Source of the DNA: Trichoplax adhaerens
Taxonomy: Eukaryota > Animalia > Placozoa
NCBI RefSeq assembly: GCF_000150275.1
Contig: NW_002060952.1
Span: 208,482 to 272,481, forward strand
Direction of reading: 5' to 3'
DNA: 64,000 nucleotides
This document shows, piece by piece, positions 38,859 through 49,803 of the stretch. Both the position numbers and the translations under genes were made by a program. Every line of letters begins with the position of its first letter. The first letter of the stretch is position 1. Below the pieces are notes generated by a model. The model saw only the letters and a list, made by a program, of their open reading frames with translations, was not told where the DNA came from and made no database searches.

Positions 38859-39653
38859 TATCTTCAGTTCATTTTTTTTTGATTTTTTTTTTCCATTACG
38901 TCACCATTGCACGGAAGAAGAGCGAATAGTGGCTAATTTGTCACACTATCCTGCAACGCAGCCTCTGACCGTGATTGAAGAATGGGAAATATTTTCAAGT
39001 AAACTAATAAACACAATCGGCAAAACTCAGTATTCGAATACATTTCTGGAGTAAGTTTTCAGTGCGAGAAGAACTATTCTAATAACTGTCAATAAAAAGA
39101 AGAAATTACAAATATACCAGTAATGAATAAAAACATTCAAGAAATGGCGCTACGCTATTTCTATTGTCCTAGCAATTCTTCTTCTTATACGAGCATAGCA
39201 ACATACAATGTATTAGTCAGCCTACTGATTGTGAGCCACCGTAGATTACAGCAGCAATTCATTAAAACCACGATTTACGGGTAGGGCTGCAAGTTAGCCA
39301 TTTGCTTACGCTGACGAAATCAGAGAACGGATAAAATGCATTCCTGACTTTGTCAAATCAACTATTGTACTTCACGAAAAAAACTACCAACTCATTGTAC
39401 AATATGCAATTTTAATGATGCTGGCAATGGAACGCACAAGTAAATAGTAAAAAGACTCTGTATCGATAGGTAGTTATTGAAAGAGATTTATGTTGTCTTT
39501 CATATTTAGCAGAGATTGCATTGGCTACAATCTTTCCAAATAAAATGAATTTTACCGGTAGACTTAACTGCCTTATCAACAATGCTAAGGCTATTAATAT
39601 ACATAGACGAGTATAGATAGAGCCCGTATACTCACTCTTCTTGAGAGCTTCAA

Positions 39654-40628
39654 TTAATGTACGGATAGGCCAGTTAACTCTTCACTAACATCCCATAATC
39701 GTTTAGCAGCTTCATCATCAAGAGCGTGAGGTTTCATCTTTACAGGTCGACAATCTTCAAAATAGTGACCACTAAGACCGTCTATGTCTTCAGAAACTGC
39801 AAGATGTATCGTAGTTTGAGCGCCTTCTTTTGGTGTCTTGAAAAGCATCAAAGCAAACGGATATGCAAAAGCTTTGAGGCATTTATTCATATCACGCCAG
39901 ATGTCAGTCATGACGCCTCCTGGATGCAGGCAATTGACAAGAATACCGTCACTTTCCAATCGTTTTGCGAGCTCTCGCGTAAAATATACATTAGCTAATT
40001 TGCTTTGACAGTAGACGTTAAAGGCTGAAAAATTTTTCTCATTTTGAATATCATCGAAATCAAGCGATCGTACGAATGAATAGCCGTAGGAAGCTACCAC
40101 CACTATACGAGCATTTTTGCTTTCTTTCATTTTATTCAATAGCAAATTTGTTAATAAAAAATGACCAAAATGATTCACTCCCATAATCATTTCTAAACCA
40201 TCTTCCGTTAATTGCCTTTCAACGACTAAACCAGCATTGTTAACCAAAATATCAAGGCTTTTCTCATTTTTGTTAATATCTTCAGCAAAACTTCGAATGG
40301 ATTGAAACGATGCCAAATTTAAACACTTAAACACAACATTATCATTGCCAGTAGCATGACGGATCTCTTCAGCAGCAATTTCGCCTTTGGCTTTGCTCCG
40401 ACATGCGAGAATAACTCTGCCACCTCTTCTTGCAAAATCTGCAGCGGTTTCCTTGCCAATACCTGTGTTTGCTCCTGTAATGATAGCAGTCTTATTATCC
40501 AATCGAGCTCGACTACGACATACACCTCCAGCACAAGGTCTTGCCAATAAACAAACGAGACCAATGCAAGCAATAACGCCTACCACGGCAGCTGGAGCCA
40601 GCCAAGGCGCATCCATTAAATCGATCAT
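39654..40628 (-). CDS. Retinol dehydrogenase 11-14-like SDR, intronless CDS, paralog B (324 aa)
   Basis: TGANTGIG, NNAG, YCQSK; long stretches identical to paralog A (e.g. SIRSFAEDINKNEKSLDILVNNAG). Confidence 0.95.
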   Translation of the reverse strand: MIDLMDAPWLAPAAVVGVIACIGLVCLLARPCAGGVCRSRARLDNKTAIITGANTGIGKETAADFARRGGRVILACRSKAKGEIAAEEIRHATGNDNVVFKCLNLASFQSIRSFAEDINKNEKSLDILVNNAGLVVERQLTEDGLEMIMGVNHFGHFLLTNLLLNKMKESKNARIVVVASYGYSFVRSLDFDDIQNEKNFSAFNVYCQSKLANVYFTRELAKRLESDGILVNCLHPGGVMTDIWRDMNKCLKAFAYPFALMLFKTPKEGAQTTIHLAVSEDIDGLSGHYFEDCRPVKMKPHALDDEAAKRLWDVSEELTGLSVH

Positions 40629-41968
40629 ATTATCTGTTATTTCGTAGTTGAACTTTAGTTAACTGGACAAACTATCACTAGTCCTTCACTTCTATCCTCA
40701 ATGATAGCAGTATTTGCTGCGGATGCAGTATGCAGTAGTAAACAAAATGGAGAAAAATGGAAAGTGGTTAAAGTCAACGGGCGTCCACAAGGTGGCATAC
40801 AAGGTAGAAATGATTAAACAACCTTGGGGAAATGCTCTTATGAAACAACTGAGTTGAGCTTTAAATTAATTAAATTACTTAATGCATACGGTATACGATA
40901 CGGTACATTAAGAAGACTCCTATCACTCACTAACCAGGAACAATGTACAGAATAGTTCATAAACTGTACACGTGCCTCAGTACAATACTGTATTTAAAGG
41001 TCACAATTACACAGCAAAATTTTGCCAATTATACGTACAATATACTGTATATTAATCAATTAATAGTGGACAAATTAGTGTGATGTCCATGCTAGCTTGC
41101 ACGCTAATGAACAGCGATAAATAATTATATATTATTTATTTATACATAATAGGCTATTAGTCATTGATTGTTATATCAATTGTAGAACAATAATTTATTT
41201 ACATTTCAGTACTATATCTTTGAGATGCACGTACAGTATACTCGTAGCTATTAGTATTAGTATTAAAATACAAACAATTCACGATAGATCAGTTTTGCTT
41301 GACTTGGCAGTTATAAAAACTTGACATTCATACTGTACATCAAACGAATACTTCCTGTCAATGTGTATAGTTAATCGCGATACGAGTATGCGTATAATGA
41401 CCTAGATATAGTAGCATACTGTATACTCAGTGAGTGTACAGTGTTGCATCGCATAGCCCACCACCACAGTATGCATAAACAAGACAAACATCATCGAAAT
41501 TTAAAGAGCATATCGAAATATTAGAAGCTCTTCGCACTATTCAATGTACAATTTGAAAACATTAGTCGAGCATTATACGTCTACATGATGATACCGTCAA
41601 GCTGGACAAAATTCAATTTCTTCAATCGATGGATTGATTCAATAATTATAATCATATCAATTCATAAACCCCAAATTTTGACATTGCTGTCGATGTAATA
41701 TAAGTAATACTCTATGATTTGGCATATCCATATTATAAAATACAATCAGTCGTCACCATACGAAAACACGGAGCAATATACGAGACCATGATCTTGTCTG
41801 TGATGTGTAACATAGTATGCAACCATTCGCAAACATTTGAAAACTTTCATTATGTCCGAACATTATCACACACAGTAGCACATGAAGGAAATTCGTAGAA
41901 CGACAAGCGGAGAAAGGATTATCTCCAAAGCTAACCCTTGGAATCACAACATCGAAACTTAGTTCTTA

Positions 41969-44900
41969 TTAGTTGGAACAATTGACCCAGGATGAAAATT
42001 CATTTATATCTCTAGTTGGTACATTTCGAATGTGTGCCTTGACTCTCAAATTTCTATCATTGGTAATAAGAACTACATTTCTTCTTAAAATTTTGCGTGA
42101 ACCTGCATTAAATTAAATTGTTGCTTAACCCTAACCTTAATACAGTCAACATATATCATTTAAGTTATATCCTTAAATCATCTATGAAATATCTAACGCA
42201 ACAATTTATTCCTAACCTCTTACGATTAGATCTTCACGATCATTGCAATAGCGAAAGCAACATTGCAGTATCAAGTCGTCATTATTATGTACCTAAAATA
42301 ATTATTATCCACGTACATAAGCAATTAACCATAGAAGCTCTCATTCCGTAAAAATCTAAATCTCTTGAGCTAAATAGGTTTACAATACTTAAACATAGTA
42401 ATTACTAATCTTACGGTGTTAGATGATGTATCTTCACTTCGAAAATTTAACGAGCGTAGTGCATTGCCTTTGGTTGTTAACACCGTCAAGTGACTTTTAC
42501 AAATACTAAAATGTTCTTCTATAAATATCATTGCATTCCTGAACAAATAAATTTATGGATTAGCATCAATAGTTGACACTATAAAAATTTTAATATGCAT
42601 AAATTCAATAGCGAAATGCAAAGCATATGTATTTGCTTACTTAGCCATTTCACTGGCTTTACTCGAATGGCTTGTATCTGAAGAACTATCTTCACCTTTT
42701 AATAGCCCGCTTAGTTCGTTAATTACTATATTCGTGCATCATAAATAACATCGTTAATTTGCATCTACTTCGTGTTATTGTTATATTCCCTAACGAATAA
42801 CTTCCGTATATGATACTGGTTCTTAGTTATAACTATTCATGAAACAAACCTACTAGAGGAACAACGATATGAAATTTCTTCTGGGTGATATAATTACCAA
42901 TCAAGTCAACTCGATCAATTAAGGTATTGGTATCAATTACTAAATATTTAGGGATAACTTCCAATTCGATATCTTCTAGGTTTAGCTGGCGATCCACTAC
43001 GGCCTAGAGTGAATAAACATAAATCCAATTAAGTCACATCTTCCAATAAGCTGATGGGCACAAGCATTGTTGATGCTATCGGTATCAAAAGAAGAAGTAG
43101 TTTTTGTAACTTTCTTAATGTTATCTTACTTTGACAGTTTCTTGCATTTCTTGTTGTTTCGCCATTTTATTAGAGAGCTCGTCTTTTCGAGCCTAAAGTA
43201 ACATAATCGGCGCATTTAGTATATTGTAAGGTTTATGTGAAGGCTAAAATTCGATAACGTCAAAATAAATGTTTAACAGAAACCTTCAGTAGTTCAAAAT
43301 TTTCATCCTGCACATCGGTAATTGCAAGACTTTTCAGGAAAAATAAAATAGGGATATTAGTTTCAGAGACTAAATCATCCAATTACGAAAATAATCAGAA
43401 ATGCTAACGCATTAAATCTCATACTCTTGGAGAATATTAAAGTGATCCGCTTCATTTTCGCTATCTTCACTGCATACGCCTTCCACAATGATATCGTCCG
43501 ATTCCTAAATTATCAATGAAATCAAGCACATCAGAATTTATCTCAACAATAGTTATTGACCATGACCTTAACATCAAGTTATTTTAATCGATGAAAATTA
43601 TCTGATTGTTCCTAAAAGTGATATCAAAGGGCATTACACATTCTGAATTATGATCTGCACTAGCCACAGGCAGTTCTGATGGCATTTCTTGAATTGGCAT
43701 GGAGTGAATCGACTCATTAACACCAAAACTACCATCTTCATAATTGATCGGAAGACTTGAAAGTGACACCAACGACTTGCCAAATTCATTTAAAAACAAT
43801 CTCCTCACAGCTGTCATATATTCTTTCTATAGGTGTAGAATATTGCCAATGGTTAAAACAATTTCTTAAACTTTAAAATAAACTTGCGTTAATAATATTC
43901 TTCAATGCATCTCAATTTACTTCGTCACTAGGCTGAGGTATTGCAAATAACAAGCTAAAATTCTCTCGATTATGAAAAGGACCAAATCCTTGAATGTGTT
44001 GATCTTCCCAAAGCAAAAGAGCTTCTTTACCTTAACAAGTTGTAGGTAGACGGAATGTTTACTAAATTATTATTAAGCAATTTATATTTGCATTGATGGA
44101 ATATATAAAATTTTACGTACCGTCATCACACTCCACTGGTTTTACTAATGGAAGTGAATTGAGTATATTTAACAAATCAGTAATGTTCTTCCATGTTGTC
44201 ATGCTGGAAATAGGATACTAGGTCAGTGTTGAGAATCGCTTAAAATTACTTGTAAATTTGCAATACCTTAACTTGGGAGTCCATTCGTCTATTTCACACC
44301 ATAGCCATAAACACCAAACTTTAATAGCAGGCAGCACAGTAGTTATGCGAGACTGCCAATTATCATTCTGGCTCCGAATGGTCTCGCTTAACCAAGCAGT
44401 GAGTTGATTAAAAATTTCATTACCAAAGCTAAATGCGTCGCTTGCTAAAATCGTATCTAAATATTGCAGAGATGCAAAAGCTTCATCATAAACAGAAATG
44501 TAGCTATTTTATTCTAAGTAGAGCTATAAAGGATAAATAATACATTAATCGCCGAACCTCTGCAATTTTCAATCGAGAATATATTTATGAGAGTAACTTG
44601 TAAAATAACCATTGCATCATCTAGAACTAAAGATTCCTTGGAGGAACTTCTTAATAGCTGTTGCAGTTCTTTCACAATTTCTTTTGATAGTTCATGAAAA
44701 GATTCCATGCTATAAAGTTAAAAAAATATATATAACTTAAGGCTCTAGATATTAAAAATACTTTGCAATAGAATAAATTGAAATAGGTGATTACTTGATT
44801 TTTGTGAAGAGTTTTCCATGAATATGAATAAAATCAGCTATAAATAACTTATACAACTAAATCGCGGGAAATAGGTTAAAAATTTTTTAAAAGTTGAAAT

Positions 44901-47900
44901 GCTTGAATTTTTATGTAAATGTAATAGAAATACCTGCTGCGGAGAGCCAAGTATAATTTCTTTATTGTCTGTTGTATCCAATTTTTTGGATTGTTCGGCT
45001 GCTTCATATGAACTGTACCAAGTTTCCTGTCTAGTTTTGGTAAACTGCTTATTATTATAATTAGCGGTAGCTTCTTGTCTAGAGTCGTCATTGTAACGAT
45101 GATATTTTCCTATAGATTGATGTTCCCTTTTATTGCCTTTCTTTTGATGCTTTTTTCCATTTGATAGCTTATTTCTGTAATATTCCGCCTGTGGTAAAGT
45201 AATCCAAGAGTTACTTACGAAGATAAAGGAAAGTATGTGTCTGAGCTATAGTTGAAGGTGGAATAAAATGCAAAGTCAAATACAATCTATACCTTTTTTC
45301 TTGCTTGCTCGAATAAGGAAGGTAAACTTTCTCTAGCAGTAAGAATTGGATTACTTGCTAGCAGGCTTCGCATATAGTAATATACACTATCAAGCTGGCG
45401 TTTCTATTAATTATCATATCGATTAATTAATGATTACTATAAAACAGTACTTGAATTACCATACTATATTCTTAGGTGAAGTTAATAGCAGGTATAGTCT
45501 TGGCAATTATTATAAAAGAGAAATAGTTCTTGCTTAAAATAAGGTATACTGTAATTAGGATATCGACAAAATATTCTATTACCAAAATAAATGGTAAAGA
45601 TAACAAGTTAACATTATTAGTTTTATATAACGGATTTTTTGAATATCTTACGGCGTAAATAGCGATAACTGCTAATTGATTATAAACTTTTCCATTTTTT
45701 GGTAGTAAAACTTGAGCTTTCAAATAGTACCTAGAAGTATAGATATATATCGTAGATTAATTTTTATTTTAAGCTATACCTCTTAAGCATACAAATAGTT
45801 AATATGTTACACTTTATATGTTCGGTTAAGACATAAGGAAGAAGAGTTGAAAAGCTCACCTTCTGGCAACACCGTAATTACATGAATCTTGAATTTGTTC
45901 TTGGTACCTAGCCAGGTCACCAAGTGCGATATAACATCGATGACAACTGACCAGAGCTAATTTTTGTTTCTATAATAACAGTTTCCCAATATAATGCTAT
46001 TTAACAATCATCTTTTTATTACCGAAGTAAACTATAGCATACAGTCAGTCAAATAATGTCGATATGACAATTACTGAATTAGATAGAGCATAATACCTTT
46101 CGCTTGATATAGGCAATCCTGTTGGAATTTTTTAAAAAGTCTTCAATATCAATACCATATTTTTCCTGAATTTGTTTGATTAACGATAAGTAGAAGGATA
46201 CCGCATCATCAATAATACGTTGAAGAGCCGTTTTACGGGTGTCTGTAGGATTTTCTTGATTGATGAGCTCATCGTCTATATCGTCAAGAAAATATTATGT
46301 AAGTAAGTATGATTTGTATGGTAATTTGTAATTATCGACATAATCGAGATAAATGTTATGCATTTACTTTACGGGTAAAGAATTATAATAAAATGACTAG
46401 CATCTCTAAATCAAAACTTTTCATATGGACAATTTTGACGCAGTAATTATAATTATCTAGTTTACTATATACTATACTGTACTTAATTATAATTAGATCT
46501 TAATTTTTAAGTAATCGACTTCCTACTTATACAAACTATCTCATAAGGTACTCAATGTCAAAGTATACGTACATTGTATCTTGATATCAAAGTTCAATAC
46601 AACACGTACCATCATACTGTAATAATGTGTTTATACATAAGTTATAATACATGAATACTACACTGTGTAGTGTACAGTAGATAATATTTAACCTTAAGTA
46701 TTGTTAAACAGACTTGCAGACCTGATATTAAGCGAAATGAATATTTGTGATCTACCTGAAAATTTTGGCCGCTCATCTTTTCGGAATCTTTCGATAACTT
46801 GATAAAATGCATGCTTCCACAATGCAGATTCAACATTTCGCGATTCAGCGAGCTGGATATCGCTTAAAATTGCTTCCATATAGCATTTTCGTAAATTCTC
46901 ACTGTGTGATAAAGCATAAGTACAATCATCATTTTTGTAATCAAACCAATCAATTTGTTACCAAACACGTCAGTCTTACTGCATGTTATAACTGTCATTT
47001 TAAGAAGTTAACATTTTATAGCTCAAGTTAGGCGCAGAACTTTTCCACTTTAACGTAGTGTAAATTATACCATATATCGGTAGTCATAAATCAATACGAC
47101 TTTGATTTAATGAGGTGTACCTCATATCGAACTATCGATACTTTATGATAAGATAAACCACTGCGAGGACAAGTAGAACAGTAGTTTCCTATTCGGCTAT
47201 TTCAGAATAAATGTTGATCAAATGATATTATGAAGAATAGCTGTGTAGTGGAATGAATATGTGGACATGATCTACCAACATGATAGTCCACATTTACTGT
47301 ACAGTACAATGTACATCCAAAGGCAATTTTCATCTCCAGGAGGATATATGAGTCATTTTGCAGGTATAAAGGATATAAGGATAAGTATACGTAGCAGATG
47401 TAGAAATGCGACTGTAAAATAGCTTGTATACTACTTGACAATCTCTAGTGTTAGTGGGAGGCTTCAATTTGCTATGATTAACTTCAATAATCTCCATTTA
47501 CTGTATATATCCAAATATTATTTTGATCTGCATGGCAATGCGTGAATTATTTTGAAGGTATAAGGATGATAAGCATACATAGTAAACAGCAGAACGGTAC
47601 TGTATATCAGCTTGTCTATTACAATCTCTAGCCGTAGTGAGAGGCTTCAATTTGCTATGATTAACTTCAATAGTCTCCATTTACTGTACAGTATATCCAA
47701 ATATCATTTTGATCTGCATGGCAATGCATGAATTATTTTGAAGGTATAAGGAGGATAAACATACATAGTAAACAGCAGGACAGTACTGTATAACAGTTTG
47801 TCTATTACAATCTCTAGCAGTAATGGGAGGCTTCCATTTGCTATGATTGACTGAAGGAGAATGAACTTGCTTGCATTCCTGCGACAGCCAGCCTACATAC

Positions 47901-48269
47901 AGTACATTCTTTGCTCGTATCAGTCGTACAAGCAACATTTCAATACTAATAAAAGAGAAATAAACTACTAATCAAGGCATGATACCTATAACGGAATATA
48001 GATTGGAAGCTGTTATTGGTCTGTCGCCTTGGTAATAGCTTGCTTAGTTGCTTTTCAATTTGATAAGCTTGATCCATGAAAGTTGTGACACTCGTTGGAA
48101 CCATTTCTGTCACTTGGCCACGGTTGGTATCCTTCCAGTTCTCCTTTACTCTTGGCTGCTGACGTTTTTGCACATTGGCATGGTGTTTTCCAGGTGTTTG
48201 TTGATTGAACTGAGAATTTGCAGGTAACTTAATCATGCCTCTGGATGTGGTGTCTTGAAACGTCGTCAT
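41969..48269 (-). CDS. SMG6: SMG6/EST1A NMD endonuclease (14-3-3-like/TPR domain + PIN domain), multi-exon
   Basis: EAILSDIQLAESRNVESALWKHAFYQVIERFR, CHRCYIALGDLARYQEQ, YYLKAQVLLPKNGKVYNQLAV, YYYMRSLLASNPILTARESL; PIN motifs LVIDTN, VINELSGL, NNDDLILQCC, VVLITNDRNLRVKAHIRNVP; stop at 41971-41969. The start codon is uncertain. Confidence 0.92.
47288..47852. repeat. Tandem repeat, ~183-205 bp x 3, in SMG6 intron 1
   Basis: ATTTACTGTA...GGTATAA...CAATCTCTAG...GAGGCTTC.ATTTGCTATGATT starts at ~47288, 47494, 47677; the leftmost copy is the most diverged. Confidence 0.92.
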
Positions 48270-48324
48270 CTTTGCCGATGGTGGTCTTGAAGTGTTGATC
48301 GATTGAGTGATTTCGGATTCTTGT

Positions 48325-49440
48325 TTACTGTCCTGTACTGTACAGCCGTACTACCGACTGAGACTCCAGAGTACAGTACATACTGTATACAGTACTATAC
48401 CGTCCCATACAGTATAGTACTGTACAGTGTACAGTACTATACTGTACAGTGTACAGTACTATACTGTACACGTACAGTACGTCGTACAGTACTGTAGAAA
48501 GTCGATTTGTGATTACGTGTACTGTACACTGATATACTGTACTGTACTGTCAATCCATAGTTAGTTGTGTCCAGTTGGTTCGATCTCTGCAGTTTGGACC
48601 GTTTATAAGAGATATCGCACAAAATGGTTTACGTATTGTGCAAATGACACGTAAATCTATGACATCCATTTTACACGCACTTCCACTACATTGTACTGTA
48701 GAGTGTACAGTACTGTACTGTACTGTACAGTACAGTACTGTACACATTGTCCAATCCAGTACAGTGTACAGTGTACAGTACTAGAATTGGTAATTGTACT
48801 GTACACTGTGTCCAATCCAGTGCAGTGTACAGTACAGTACTGTACTGTACTGTACTGTATGTCTGATCCAGTACAGTGTACAGTTTACAGTACTGGAATT
48901 GATAACTGTACTGTACTGTACACTGTGTCTAATGGAGTACAGTGTACAGTTTACAGTACTGGAATTGGTAACTGTACTGTACTGTACTGTACTGTACACT
49001 GTGTCCAATCCAGTACAGTGTACAGTACTGTACAGGTCTGGAATTGATGACTGTACAGTACTGTACACTCTACAGTCTAGTATTTGTTTTCGACTTTCGA
49101 CTTTACACTCACTATACACTGTACGACTGTGCTACCTAAAACATACAGTACTGTACAGTAGTCTACTACAGTACAATACTTTCGACTGGCCCATTCATTT
49201 TGTCTAATGAAGAAACAAATGTTTTCGAATTTCGAAATCGAGGCCAACTTCGGCGATTGACCCAAAACTACAGTCCATACTGTATTGTACAATATACAGT
49301 ACGTACTGTACTGTGAGCTACAGTACTGTCTTTGTTCTGTTGAACTACAGTACAGTATACTGTAGTACTGTACTGTACTGTCAGCATGGGTACTGGTACT
49401 GTAACGTTCCGTACTGAACCACTGAACAAACCACTGCATA
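48325..49440. repeat. Long TACAG/CTGTA tract in the SMG6-ULK divergent intergenic region, containing a 50-75 bp minisatellite (48748-49075)
   Basis: Dense pentamer runs; unit TGTCCAATCCAGTACAGTGTACAG...GGAATTG.TAA recurs at ~48748, 48809, 48860, 48925, 49000. Confidence 0.9.
48547..48708 (-). repeat. Solitary inverted copy of the 37.7-38.9 kb satellite monomer
   Basis: CTGTCAATCCATAGTTAGTTGTGT...GATCTCTGCAGTTTGGACCGTTTATAAGAGAT...CATCCATTTTACACGCA is the reverse complement of the array unit. Confidence 0.95.
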
Positions 49441-49803
49441 TTATTACTGACAGTCGGCTGGAATAAAGTTCAGTACATCAAAGACTTGCCAGTGAAAAAA
49501 AAATTTGTTGTCAAGCAATCATTTCCTAGATTATCATTATTGGCGTTGATCATGAACTATCTCTACCTCAACAAGTGGAAATTACAGTGATGATCTTGGA
49601 TATTATCTTTACTTGGCAATGAAAAGTAATCTAGTAGACTTTTACCACAGTGAAAGCACCCATTACTGTAGAATATCCTTCTTGTTTGCAGGAGAATTGG
49701 CTTCTTTGTCACCTCTTTCACTGTACTGTAGTGTACAGAAAGGAGGGACAGCAAGTAGACTTTAGTACTTAGCTATCATACAATAGTTTGGTAGTATTAC
49801 ATC

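Noticed and set aside
36460-40647. Antisense and alternate-frame ORFs over the SDR genes (and over GST and ULK exons)
   Set aside because: They are shadow ORFs of real coding sequence with no independent features.
46194-46202. GTATCCTT on the minus strand in SMG6 as a second U12 donor
   Set aside because: It lies inside an in-frame coding exon (DAVSFYL).
48303-49439. Many overlapping ORFs rich in Y/S/T/V/Q/C (also at 15.0-15.8, 35.0 and 37.1-38.7 kb)
   Set aside because: They are translations of stop-poor TACAG pentamer tracts and satellite units, open on both strands, with no splice or homology support.
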